The position numbers and the translations under genes were made by a program. Of a stretch of 64,000 bases of DNA, positions 26,721-41,032 are shown one piece after another (the first letter of the stretch is position 1; each line of letters begins with the position of its first letter). This DNA comes from Perna viridis (Eukaryota), in NCBI GenBank assembly GCA_037379345.1, contig CM074521.1, positions 35,922,704-35,986,703 on the forward strand, given 5' to 3'. A model generated the notes under the pieces. The model saw nothing but the letters and a program-made list of their open reading frames with translations, was not told the DNA's origin and did not search any database.

Positions 26721-27465
26721 TCGTACAGACCAAATCAAGATATTTTTGGGTGGGATTAAACTCAATCAAAATTCCTATTAATTAACTCAATAATGAAGAA
26801 AGTAAGAGAGTGGTTATTAACACCTACCCAATACTATCCTCACAGAACAAGAATTGATCCAGCATGTATCATACTGTCTCCTATAGATAAATTAAACTAC
26901 TATAGAACAATATATAGGTTATGTTAGCACTAATGATAAAGCATCTTCTGTCTGAACGAGTTAGTTACTACATTCCCCCTCTCTTCAAAGTCTCCATGTT
27001 GTAACTTACATTCCAAGGTAAACACTTGGTAATTGTTTCCTCAATGTTCGTACATTAATCGATTTACCTCGACATATGCTACCTCAAAATGATACTGTAA
27101 AGTTACATTAATGATACAATAATGTCTTTGATTACAGTGATCAAATGATATTCAATCGAATCGTATTGAATCGTATCCAATGTACCTTACATATCAAACA
27201 CTAGATTCGTTAGTAGTAAAATTAACAAAGTTCCAGGGTACAACAGTACCTTTCTCTATGCAACATGAATTCCTACTGAAAGTACATTGACTCTCTTCCA
27301 ATATTTTTTTCTGTTTGTCTGCAGCCAAGGATGGCATTAAATAAACCATTAGAGACATTTTCACAAGATAAATGTTAAAAAATTCCTCTGCACAATATTC
27401 TGCTGAGTTATTACTTATTATTTCTTTAAAAAGTATGAATTGAGGTAATTGTTCTTTATAAAGGA

Positions 27466-27520
27466 GACTACCTGATACATGTATCCTAAATGGACTACCT
27501 GATACATGTATCCTAAATGG
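27466..27520. repeat. 27-bp tandem duplication containing the palindrome GATACATGTATC
   Basis: gactacctgatacatgtatcctaaatg, two copies. Confidence 0.85.
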
Positions 27521-28754
27521 CAATTATCTGAAAATCTATCACTTTTAACTACCAGCGAAGATTGTATCATTCTGACTATAAAATAAAGAACTTAATGATT
27601 TGTGCTATTTTTACTAATCTTACAAACTTATCCACTTTCTCAATTCAGTGATAACATGGAAAACTAGAGCCTATCTCATAAAACGAACCGTTTTGTCAAT
27701 TCAGCATCACATCTATCGATGTCATCAATCTCAGACATTTTCTCATAGAATATGGAAGTGACTGGAAATGCTTTCTGTGTATTCCGTCAAGTCTACAGAA
27801 TTTCTGACAACAATGACAAATTGCTTTCATACATAGTTATATAATAAAGCAAAACCAGAAAGCTAAATTAACCAACATATCCTATATTCTGGTCAACTTT
27901 TCTTTAATATCTGCTACTCAGTGCCAACCTATAGAGTTCAATAGATCTGTAAAAATGTATCTGCAGCTTTCATAGATACTCATGATTTAAAAAAAAACAT
28001 TAAATGTGGTTCAACTCAGTTTAGAACATGGAGCCTTGAGACAACCAACAGACCTTCTCTGTCTTAACTGAGGGATTTATGCTAAGCATGCATAACGTAT
28101 ACTTCAGCAAGGTTGTTACAAAAGAATTTTCCTAATGAAAAGCAGATATAGTATGCGCAAATACTACCCAACAGTTTTGAATTAAAGGATCCATAGAAAC
28201 AAAAGGTCAAGATTCAGAACATTTATGTTACCATAGCTTATCATGTAAAGCTAAAACCCTCACAATGCTAACTTTCAGTGAATCCAGTCAATGATCCTGT
28301 TTATCTTTCATATCAATGAAGTTATTAATTTTTCCTACTATCTCTAAAAATACATAAAGTAACTGGTTAACATAGAGCATTATCTATTAAGAACAGGTTC
28401 CCCCAAACTGTGCTGAAATGGCATCTTAGATGTATACATCATCCCATCAGAATGATAAACACACCAGCAGGATCTCTGGCATAGTAACGGCTGTATAGAT
28501 AGAAGTTGTTATGACATGAATGATGATTTATTATCAAATCATTGACTATTCTTCTGGCTGTCTTAGTACTTAGTCTTCTGACATAAATATCACGGTACCT
28601 GAAGTCACTGACTTGTTCTTACTTTGACAATCTGTAGTCCGAGAATGAAGCAATGGATCCTAGCTTACTTCCTGAGGTCTGCTTATGGTGAAGATGTATG
28701 ACACATCCTTGTATATTACAGCAGACTGGTCAATATTATTACAGGTAAACTTTT

Positions 28755-28903
28755 GCAGGGTTTGAGATCAGCAGACACCAACTGTCTGTAAAATTTGGAG
28801 TGGACTACAAAAAATTCTAATGTGATTGTAAAGAACTATACATATTGGCTACCAACATTCAAGCTGTGGACTACCAAGCCAAAATCTTAGGTTAAAACCC
28901 TGC
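28755..28903. mobile_element. Possible small non-autonomous DNA transposon
   Basis: 9-bp perfect inverted ends gcagggttt/aaaccctgc and internal repeated gg(a)ctac motifs; no convincing target-site duplication. Confidence 0.35.
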
Positions 28904-29764
28904 TTTGTATCTGTGAAGAATGAACTCACAACACCTGGTCTGGCAACTTGAAGGAGATGTTATTTATCACCTTCCAGATTGTTCTGTCCATCATCTGTGG
29001 TACTATAACTCCATTGACTTATTCTCCCATCAGATAAACACATGGCAACATTTTTTTGTCAACAAAACAATCCATATATCATGCTCTTACAGAAGAAGGA
29101 AGTAATATTATACATTATATAAAAACTATTCCCAATGAGGGTTCCATGACATGTCACAAAATAAACCATGAATTGAAACTAGTGATAAATAGGAAAAAAC
29201 AACCATACAAACAATATGATGGTTGATGTTCTGATCGGTTAGTTCATAGAGAACATAGAGAACATGATCAACATGGCTTTAGTAACTATCAAGACGAAAG
29301 GCTTCCGTCACTACCAATTATACATGGCTGCAAAAATGTATAGGTTTATCATAGAAAGATGGCATCATAGAACCCTCATTGTGAAAGTACAAAGAGCCAA
29401 TAGCTCTATGTAAAACTAGCCACTGCCAAATACAATTAAAACATATTCTGAACTTGAGGTATTTGGGATTATATCGGTCAGACTTCTTGGTCATGGTCAT
29501 TAAGTTTGTTGAGGATTAGAATCCTATTCTTGAAAGCCACAGAATCCAATCTATATATAACTCAGTGTGCCTTTTATAAATACAAAAAACATGATCAATC
29601 AATACATTGACAAAGGAACTCTGTATTTATCTTTTAATGGACAAGCCATGATCTCTAAAACCCCACCAAGATATACAAACAAACCATTATGATGTCTCAG
29701 AAAGCTTCTGTAACATAATTGTTATAATTGTCAAAACTAAGATAGGTGGATCTTAATGCCATGA

Positions 29765-29849
29765 ACTGAAGTCACCATTGTTTACAGTTGGAATCAGATC
29801 TTTGAGACTGAAGACACCATTGTTTACAGTTGGAATCAGATCTTTGAGA
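29765..29849. repeat. 42-bp tandem duplication
   Basis: actgaag(t/a)caccattgtttacagttggaatcagatctttgag, two copies. Confidence 0.9.
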
Positions 29850-31890
29850 AACAAAGAACTGTTTTTACTAAGAATCAATGTCTTCATACAGCGCTACAAA
29901 ATCACTATTGTAATAGGAAGTTGTTCACAGCTAATTCGCTGCATGCACCACAAATTATCTCCAAAACAATTATAAATCTGCATGGTTTCTGCTGTTCTTT
30001 CACTAATATTTACTGCAAAAACAATTATCCGATTTGATTAAGAACTGCAGACTCATTGTCTAACGATTGATTGAGAAAATAGAACTTTATTCACGATTTA
30101 GTTATTTATACACAAATATTATTACAAGGCGATTTACATTCAATATTCCTTACCAATAAAGCACAGCCAGAACTACTGCTGGTAATAGATGAATTGGTTT
30201 TTACTAGGCTTGCTAGGCAATACAGGTTATACAGTAAATTATAAATAGAACTCAATTGTGTGATTAAAAAACTGCTTCCATAAAATGCCCATTGTATTAC
30301 TTTGTAACCACAGTCATTAATTATGAGCAAGATCCCTTAGGCCATTCTGACAGCCATCATACAATTATAATGAACTTGAACTGATTTAAGATACAAGATT
30401 TAAGCCAAAGAGAACAAGAAGCCATGGAAATTAGAGATATTATAATTTCTTTATAATTATGAAGTTACAGTTGGTTATAATGATATAGGGTTTATACACC
30501 ATCTAATATTCATTAATTACATTCAGGTTTATCTTTATTACCATGAAAAAAAAAATAAAAATGACTATATAGAATTCAGATTTAACAAATTTTATCAGCT
30601 TAATTTCCTAAATATGAATATTAAACCAGCATCTGCAGGAAAGCAAACCTTTGACCTTGAAAATTAAGGACAAAAGTTCCCCAGCATAAAGATTAAGCCC
30701 ATTTAAACATGCTTTGACTGACCATCTGTCTAAGCCTGCCTTTCAAACACCCTAATGACCAGACTGATGGACAGTTTTATTAAAGTCAGACTCTGTCCTT
30801 AAAAGTAGGGTCATAGGTCAGTGTCTGAAGCAATGTGAACACCCATTCATCTGTGAATTATAGTGGTGTGATGGTATTTAGTTACACCAGGCAGTAATTT
30901 CCCATAATGGGATGATATTTTATCTGAAGCCTTCAAGTAACTATTAATATACATTATGTATGAATTTTAAAAAGTACTTGAGACTTCTTACTAACATTTA
31001 CTTGATCTTTTAAAACCTGCCATATGAGTGTCAAATTTTGTCTAGCCATATCAAACAGCATTCTATCTGTTCACCGAGTTAATAGCAATTGGAATTTTCA
31101 AAAGACAAAAACACATCTGATATTGTCTGTTTTACAAACAAGATTTAGCTAGGGTATAAACAAAGAAATCTTTTTCAAAAGTAAAGTATGTGAATTCTTT
31201 CATAATAAAAATATTCAAGCATTTATTATCAAGTAAGTTAAAGCAGTCTTACCCACAAAATTTCAATCTAGAAGAATTAATGCCCTAGAAATTTAAATTG
31301 TCCAAACATTAAAATGAAGGAGATTTTCACTTCTTGTTTTCACAGAAATTATATCCCTGAGAAAATGTCTGACCAGTAACAATTAAAACCTGACTGTAAA
31401 TAACTTGACTGGTCACTGTCAAAAAATGACCAATACATTGACAATCCTGTCACCCTGACAAGTGTATATGATGGTGGGGTACCTTAAAGGGGTTTTCTAA
31501 CAGTGACAATGTGTCTAGTATAGGGTCAAGGTTAGAGGGAACAGTTACAAGTTCCCTGTCAACAGCAAAAAGTCTGCAGCTTATTTATAAAACAGATGTA
31601 TTGAAATGGTTGATCAGACCATAATACCAAAGTGGTCAATGATATAAAACTATCAGGTTTTCAATTTCCTTATGACTGTTATGGTTCTTCAATCAAACTG
31701 CTCCATACCAACCAAAATATTACAAATACTCAGAGAGGAAATTTTGGTATTTACTAATGAACATACACAAAAAACATGCCTGCATGCCAAAGAAAAGTTT
31801 TTTCACTGACAGTGGTGCCAACAACATCACCTTGTACACATATGTCCAGAGGCTAAAGCAAAAAATAAAACAGGATTTAGATAACCTCAC

Positions 31891-31910
31891 CTGCAGTGGC
31901 CATGATAAGA
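31891..31910 (-). other. Candidate 20-nt microexon (frameshifting or UTR)
   Basis: ttttatctgttccctccag|TCTTATCATGGCCACTGCAG|gtgagg. Confidence 0.35.
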
Positions 31911-32177
31911 CTGGAGGGAACAGATAAAACACAAGTGTTTACCTATACTCTCAAACAGCAGATCAAGATGGCTATCTGTAACATTATCATCAATTCAAGG
32001 AAGAAACATAGATAATTGAATATATTTACAAATTAGACCTCATCTCTTCTGGATTCTAGTTTTCTTTGATCTTAGAGAAATGTTGAGAGCTATGTCCAAG
32101 GAAAAACACGTTTTATTTACTTCCAGGTAATTAAAAAGTAATAAAAGGAAAAGAAGGAAAGAAAACAGAAAGTTAGA

Positions 32178-32313
32178 GATTGATTGATTGATTATAGTTT
32201 AACATCCTGTAGCAGATATTTCTTGTATTTTAGGGCAAAACCCTCCTATGTACTAGTCCAAAACACTGAGGCAGATTTTTAATGTGCAGGCACACAGAAG
32301 CAACAGTCTGCAG
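32178..32313 (-). mobile_element. Degenerate 3' remnant of a SINE
   Basis: (GATT)n tail followed by gtttaacatc; tgtactagtccaaaacac...gcaacagtc resembles the 3' region of bivalve tRNA-derived SINEs (recalled, not searched). Confidence 0.5.
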
Positions 32314-35300
32314 ACACTTAAGGAGATATAAGCTGGTCAATTGACACAAGCAGCACATGTTTTTACTAAGCAAAAGTAAAAAAGATAACTGAACATTTTA
32401 TGAGATGTTATGAAAATACAGAACTATTTATCACTAGAGTAATATATTGAATCAATAATCAGTTCAATTCTCAACCAACCTGCGCCATCAGATCTAAAAG
32501 CATCCATTTATATTTTCCTTTTATACTTTTTCCAAATATATAACAAATTGGCAATACTTACATGAAATATTTAACTACTGACAAAATTAGCATCCAATCT
32601 CATGTAATCTCCAAAAACCATCAAGGATTGAGTTGACTATAGGATATGACTATATGAAAGATGATTACACACTTGAACACTGTACCAAATCAACAACCTG
32701 TTGTGAATCATCCATGTAAGTGTGTGTAAATCCGGCCACAACTTTCTTACGTCAAAATAAAAAGATTACAATCGGTTGGAAAGGACAGTAAGAAAAGGAC
32801 AGGACGAAAAGGACGGTTTCTAGTAATTAAGATTACATGTCTTGTAGAAATGTGATACTATTCCGATAATTTTATGTTTCTTGTAGAAATGGACTACTAC
32901 TATAATTCTAAGTTCTATTTTGTTATTATTTTACATCTAATGAGTAAAGAAAAAAAATATTACATGATATCATCAGCCAATAAACACAGGAGCTTTTAAG
33001 AATGATTTACATCAATAAAGATGTTCCGTAGTTACAAGACACAGACTTGACTTTCATCAGTCGAGTTGATGAATGTATAATGTGTCTTTGGCTAGAAGTC
33101 TTAGGAAATATAATTCTATCCTGAGAGAGAAATTCCCAAAATTCCCTGTCATGTTGACAATAAATCTTTAAAAAACAAAACATTCATATCATTTAAGACC
33201 AACATTCTCTACAAGTTTGTGAAATCTCTCACAACCTTGGTGCAGCATGCACATGTGGTATTTGGTTACACCACCGGCTCTGTTCTACATCAAAGAAACA
33301 ATATAGTTGGTTATGTAACTAAATCGAGATTTGTGGGAAATTATATAAAAGGTGTTTTATGAATCAACTTTAAAGTATGGCAGTGGAAAGATTAAGTTAT
33401 ATAAATTGATGCATTTTAATCATGATGCTATGTGTAGTACTGCACTTTGGATTGTTAGTCATCTGTAACTTTCATGACACCCAAGAGCCCAAAGAAACTC
33501 ATAGACATTTATTTGCATCATGGTAAATTCTTGAGAAATTCTAGAGCCACTGATGACTTCATATGAGATCCATTTCTTTGATCGCAAAAATATTCGAGAC
33601 TAAATATTGTTCACTGAAACCAGAACTGGTACCAACATTGTAAGAAATCATGTGACCATTCTCAGAGGTCAATAGAAGACAATCTGTTAACAACACACCT
33701 CATAGGAACAAGCTATTAACTGTTGTGTTTATAAGGTCAAGGTTACATTCCTTCACAGAACTTTATGAATCATCTCAGCAGAAAAAAAAACTTAATGGAT
33801 TTTCAGGAACCTGTGCAATATCTCAATTAATTGATAAGAATTAGAAGGAGTTAGCAAATACCCTGTTACCATTTGAAAAGTATGTCATGGTTTTTAGTAT
33901 GGAGATATTAAGATGAAATCTTTCCCAAACAACTGTATGAATATGCAAATCAAGTTTACAGTAACATTCCTAGTTATTTCCCACTGCAATCATGGCCAAT
34001 CATATTGCATCCATTTCTTTCCTCTTTCCCTTAAACGAAAACTAAGAATATTGATACATAACTAAAAACACCCAGAATATTACATGTACATAACTTAAGA
34101 TCAAAGACTGGATAAATTGGCTTATACATTAATGGGACGGAAAAGGAAATACTCTATTATAACTGGTTATAAAACTGAATAACTATGTGGTGACTATATA
34201 TGTTTCAAGTTTAATTAAAGTAATGAGATGCTGGACAATTAGAAGAAATATAGACTTGAGTCACTTCTGACTATATTCATCAAATACAGATAGAAAAGTG
34301 GGCTTCCCCCATTAGAAAAATCATCTAATGAAACACTTTAATAATATGTATATTATTTAAATGATCCAACTAGAGGATAACACAATACAAACACAGGAAA
34401 CTACATCTCAAAATGAAACTTGCTCAATACCACCTCTCATTTTTAACAACAACAGAGGAAGTGTCAGCTGTACTGGTGGTTAGGGATAAACCCATAAAAT
34501 TGATCTGTTCAATGTAATTATAGCTGTAAAACTACCAGGTTACATACCGTAATTATTCAGACCAGAATTTTACCAGAAGAGTTAAACCTGAAGTTTGTGG
34601 ATTGATGTGGAAATTTATTATTCTGGATTCTATTTTCATGCTACATTAGTACAAGTACTTTTAGAAACAAATATTGATGATTTTTTTTCGTGTACTGACA
34701 CTGTATTGGCAAAATATTATTAATTAAAGCTAACCAAGTTCGGCTCCATATTGGCAAAGAATGGAAGTTTTTATAAACCAAATGCTTAAGGAGCACTCTG
34801 CTGACCATGATTCCTCTGGGAAGTCTTGTTCTATATAAAGATTGTGGCCACAGTAAGAAAAAAAAACACTTGTTTAAACATCACAAGATCCATAATGTAT
34901 TGCATTTGACACCATTTAGAGACATGCTATAACAGAAGGCAAGTTCTCAGGCTCCAAAACAAAAAAGACAAAACTTGTTGAAAATGGAAACAAACAACCT
35001 GATATTAACAGTTACGGCCCAGCCCTCCAACACTTCAGTGCAGCATGGAAAACAAAAGGAGCCATTTGTTACCTGATCCTTTACCAATTCTGGCTTTAAT
35101 ACATCAATGTCGACCATTTCAGACTTTCATTATAATAGTCATCATTTATAAATGATCATTTGAGAAACATGAGTCTAATTCATCACAATCAAGTTCCATT
35201 TAAACAATGACAATACAAAATATTTAGTGACTAAAACTGCTTTTATGATCCACTGTGAATGAACAATTCTTTCTTGCTTTTGTTTCATGGAAATGAGGTG

Positions 35301-38300
35301 TTCTAATGTATTATTGACTTTTGGTTTTCATGAATATAAAACTTCTCCCTGACTTCATTATTCCTTAGGGGAGACCTTACGCTTTAAATGAAAAGACTAA
35401 AAAAAAAGGTCAGAGTTTTTAAAAATAAAAAAAAGTTTTAAAGTCACATTTTTATCTCACTTTTTATAATTCTAAGAGACAGATTGGTCCATATAAATAT
35501 TTGATTAAAAAAAGGTTCACAATCTACTCTTTACAAAACAGTAATTCATTTATACTTATCTTCCATTTTATTTTGGATGCACAGTGGTTTTTTAGGGTAA
35601 CCACATTAAATGGCTTGATATAGTTCAGAAACTCTGTAGATCATTGAGATTGCAGCATAAAATATCAGAAGGAAGAAAGATAAAATTATCAATGGGAAAA
35701 CATGACTACTTATATCCATCCAGTTGCTATCTTTCATAAACAACTTCCTGAATGAACAAACATTTTTCTCATTGCACTCCCCGTTCTACAACATCCCTTC
35801 TATGGACAATTATAATCCCATTGCATACCCCAATCTTGTTATGCTCTAAGCTGTGTACCAGGGTGCCATAAAGCCTTGATTTACATTGTATTTCTCCAAT
35901 ATAATGTGACATTTTGGCATTCCATTAGTAGGGAAAACATGTTATGTAGTACAACCTGTAACTGTATATAAACATAGACTGTACATATATCAGGACCTGT
36001 CAAATATGTTTTCATCAGGAAACAGGGTCATATCTTTTCCCTCCAAAAACACATTGTGGACTGATATACTTTTTATGTAACCCAGATTTATCTCAACTTG
36101 AATTTCTATCCATTTTAAATTGCTGCTTCCTTTTTAACTTTTTCACTTCTGGGTTGGAGAGGGTTGGAGAGGGATATTTAAAAAAAACAAGGAAATTCCC
36201 AGGGAGCAGTATAAACAAGACTTAACTGATTTATTGATAAAAAATTAAAGATTTTATAATGCTGATGTCTGTTTCCTGACAGTTTAATCAAAGACAAACC
36301 TCTCCCATTAGCTGAATATTATTTAGACTTGAGATCTTTCATTTTCTCCAACATTTAAAACATTTCCCTCCCTCTTTGACATGCAAATATTTAGAAGATT
36401 CTCTGTAATCAAAGCCTTGGCTCTGGTTGTTAAGGATATACAACATCAAATAAAAACAATTTCTGTAGTGTTCTCTAACACAGTGTGAATGACTGGTTGA
36501 GTTGATTAAGTTTCCACGGTTTTTATGGCACTGTTTTCTGATTTAACTTGTGTTTTTCATTATACTATTAACTGTAAGTTAATTCATCAATAATTCAACA
36601 GAAAAAAAGGAACTGATCAGTTTTCCCTAGAATTGTTTTCATCACTTAAGTAGACGTTTCTCTGATGGGAAATAAGATTCTGTTTGAACAATTAGAATAC
36701 TTCTTTATGCTTTGTTGTACAACTGCATGTTACAGAAGCCTAAGATCTCTTCTTTATTGGTTTTGTCAGATTTGCAACTGTTGCATCTAATGTGAAGTTG
36801 CCATTGATTTTTAAGACAATGGTCTTTAGTCCCTGTGATTACAGTTTCTTTAATCTTTTCAGATTATTCCAATTTAGTTCATATTCAGTAATTTCTGAAT
36901 GCTTTATGAATCTAGAGCCAATTCAATCTTTTATTAAAATGCCAATACAATTTACCATTCATTCAAAATTAACCTGAACACTTAAAATTTTGTCTAATTG
37001 GTCTTGAGAAAAAAAAATAATAAGTTTTAAAGTACTTAATATCACAAGATAATGTTTATAACATTGATCTATTTAAGTTATTGGAGAAGAGGCAACTGTG
37101 TCAGAGAAAATTACAATCAAACAGGTGAATCACATCAAAAGAAAATTGACAAGGTTTTTATTGATTTTCCAAATATTAGCAAAATATGTTATCAGTTTTA
37201 ATACATACCATTATCTGAAGAAAAAATCCCAGTAGAAAACTGTTAATTTCCTCTGTTCAGTTGAGGTAATTAGACTTTACTTAACACTATCAAATTTTGA
37301 CTAACACATACACAAACTTTCTAGGTCACTTAGATTTGAAATTGTTTATGCCCTGGTGTACACACACATCTGCCTAGGAGGAGTGTAGTGAAAACATGTG
37401 CTCTCTTCTAGATGACTGACAGTTCCTAATCTCAAGTACGCCAGTCATGTGATCAAAGATGTACATTTCATTGATTGGGTCATGTGACTTGGGAAGTTTA
37501 GTACAATATAGTTATTGTATTTATTGATCTCTGTGTTATTGTCCCCCAAATCCCTAAATGGGATAACAAAATAAAAAGATGGAAAAATCAATCGTTTATA
37601 ACAATTGCCAAGATTAAAGGAAAAATAGATGGCAAACAGTAGGAAAAATTCTATGTTCCATTAGTCAAGATCCCTTGAGCATAGATCTCCATCCAGCTGT
37701 TTAGAAAAAAATATGAATGTCATAAATAAAGTATTTTAATCTTGATAAATGAAAAAATATAATATTCTATGATGACATCAAGAACTATTGGTCTATAGTG
37801 ATGTAAATTCTGACAAAATATTTATTATTTATCATAAAGATGTTCAACCAGATCAATAAAAACTCTAGCATTAAACAATAAATAATGAGTTTTATTCATT
37901 TATATAAATTGCCACCAAAATTTAAAAAGATAGCAGATTATAGAAGGGATCAATGTTATAAGATTTATAATTAGAGCATCTTTCTATCTTAGGATATAAA
38001 TAATTAGCATTACTCATATTTATCTGAGTTATCTCATATCTATGTTTGTGATTTTAATAATATGTAAAGTAATCAAAAAAGATATTTCTGCCAAAATAAG
38101 ATTTAATATTACATCATTGTATGAATTCATGAATCCAGTAAAAACAAATGGAAATTAGTTTAACAATATACAACATCAACATGACAAAATTATTATAAAA
38201 ATCTTAATTTTAAATACTAGAGGTTGTTTGCTAAGTAAAGTTCCCTACAACCAATGTCATATTACATGGTAAGCAGTTTTGATATCCTGAATACCACTTC

Positions 38301-40502
38301 CTGTCACAAGTTTCACAGCTCGATGAGCAGAAAAACGAAATAGGATAATCTGATGGCAGGAAATGCAAAACAAATCTGACAACATCTGAACAATTCATTA
38401 TAGGACTGAGGTATTATAAAACTAAGCCCAGTAAAAACATCCTTCAATTGATTATCTCCCTTTTAAGTCATATCCTGATTTGTCTACTAAATCTCCTTTA
38501 CTTATTTTACTGTAAATGTGTAAATAAATCAACAATAAAATGTAAACTGTATTGAACATTTATTTTTAACTTCCCATTCTAAAGTTTGAGCACATGTAGC
38601 TAAATGATTATTTACATATTCTAAGGATTCCATTTGTGAACTACCAGTAAAATTTATAACAACTATCCTGAAATCTAAAAAATGCAATATTTATTTGTCA
38701 AAGAATTAGATCAGGTCCATTACATAAAGTACAAACCCACAATTAAACAAAAAACTAGACATATAGAGTTATCTCCAATTTCCTGACTAGAGAAATAACA
38801 TGAATATTACCTTTAAGTCGAATTATTGAAATTTGAGACTTTATACCATATGATAACTTGGAAAAAGCATTTTGGTTAAAATAGAGAAATAAGATTCATT
38901 TCCATTTATCTTCTTATGGAAACAGCTAGACAAAAGAGAAATTTAGTTGTCTAAATACTAATATGCTAAATAAATATTTTTGCTTTGTCAGACGAAAATT
39001 AGTCCGGCACTTAACTTTCATCAGGAGACACTTTTATTCAGTAAGGGATACCATAAAATATTTCTCATACTGCAGTGAAATCTGAGCCATCAATGGAGTA
39101 ACAGAAAAAATCGAAAGTTCTGGCGTCAGAATTAACACAGCCGATACGAAAAGATTCAATAAAAGCATTAATTCTTCTGTAATGAAAAGTCACTTCTGTT
39201 ATGGCACTTCATACTAAACCGATTTAATGGCGTTTAACCTGGTAATTCAGAGACCAATTTTCTATAATTATTTAGGATTGATTCCAAATTAGAGACCATA
39301 ATATATCAATTTGGAGTTCAATTTTTGATACCTCAGTCTTTCATAAATCAATATACAGCTCCGGATATCTGTAACTTAGAACCAATTAATGCTTCTACCC
39401 ATCATGCAATATTCCTACCCATAAACACTTTCCCCACTGCAGATGCTATTAACAGAATTGATTAATTGAAAATTTCATTTAAGTTTTTTGTTTAACACGT
39501 TATCTGCCAATTTAACGGTAGGAGCAACCACAGCGTGATAAATTCTAATTCCTTTCTGAACAGAATTCAATTTTATAGTCTGTATCCTTGTTTAAATCTT
39601 ATTATAGTGGTACCAGTACATACTTATTAAAACAGACTGTAAATATACCTTAAGGAAAACATAGACACTGCTAAATTAGGATCTCAATCCCTCATTCAAA
39701 TGTGAGATTTAGGATTAAAAAAAACAACAAAATGTGCAACAAGCAATTGAAGCAGTATACCAGTTTACTTGAATTTACATTATTGCTATGAACTCATTTT
39801 TGTAGCAAATTCTGAAAAAAAAAGACTATGTTGTCAAAGCTTTAACCTTCTCCAATTACAAAAAATAAAGTTACAAGGAAATTCTTTTCAAAAGCATACT
39901 GATATAAAAAGTGAATGATGGTTCCTTAGATCTGTTTATACAGTAATTTGCCCCCAAATCCAATATTTTCATTCAGATATCAAATCAATACAGATTGGAA
40001 TCAATCTATTTTCACACACAATATACAATATTATGCCCTTAAAGCTTAGAAAACAAATCTTAATGTTATGTAACTGTTTACTGATGTATCTCAGAAAACA
40101 AACTAGTTTTGATAGCTGTGAGAGAATTATAGTAAGAGGTATCCCCATTGAGAGCATTTAATTCCATTCTCAAGATCAAGGGTATGCCTGCTTGATTTAA
40201 AGCTGACAGTGTAAGCTGCATGGATTTTCTGTACCACTGGGTAAAGAGTATCAATCTACAATCTCAGCCATATTTACTGCAGGCTGGAAGTCACCAAAGA
40301 TTACAACATACATTAAGATCAAGACAACAGACTAAAATCAAAATAAATTGTAACAGCCATTTTAAATGAAGATTGAGCTAAGTTGATATTGAAAATCTCC
40401 CAAAATATAGACTAGATTTATGTCACCAGGTAAATATGATAATGTGTTTGGTAAGCTTTAGTTTAAATGGAGCTAAAACTGTTCAAACATAGACCAAAGA
40501 TG

Positions 40503-40686
40503 GCAGCTAGTAGCCTCAAATTATAAAACTGGCTTAGATAACCAACTTTATAGTTTACCCATAGACCAGCAGCTAGAAGCCCCACACAGTTAAAGCTGGT
40601 TTAGAGAACCAACTTTATAGTTTACCCACAGGTCAGCAGCTAGAAGCCCCACATAGCTGATTTAGAACACCTATGTTAAAGTTTAC
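40503..40686. repeat. Degenerate triple repeat of about 65 bp
   Basis: gcagctag(t/a)agcc ... accaactttatagtttaccca recurs. Confidence 0.75.
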
Positions 40687-40910
40687 AATGGCAGCTTATA
40701 ACTTCGCATAATAGGCCCAGACCACTACACCTCACAGGTTTCCTCTTCCATTTCAGTTTTGAAACTTTTGTCAACTTATTGACAATTTAATATTTAGAAG
40801 CAATATTTAGCATATCAAATACATAGAAACTGTTAAAAGAAAAACATCCAAACCACAGCATTTACAAAGTTATAGTTCAGGGGCTTCACTAGAAACAGCC
40901 ACTTGAGGAC

Positions 40911-41032
40911 TAAACATTCTGAATACCAGTAAACACTTGAGAGTTTTTAATGAAAAGTTTGTTCTGTTGTAAACATTCTGAATACCAGTAAACACTTGAG
41001 AGTTTTTAATGAAAAGTTTGTACTGTTGTAAA
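40911..41032. repeat. 59-bp tandem duplication
   Basis: taaacattctgaataccagtaaacacttgagag... at 40911 and 40970. Confidence 0.9.
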
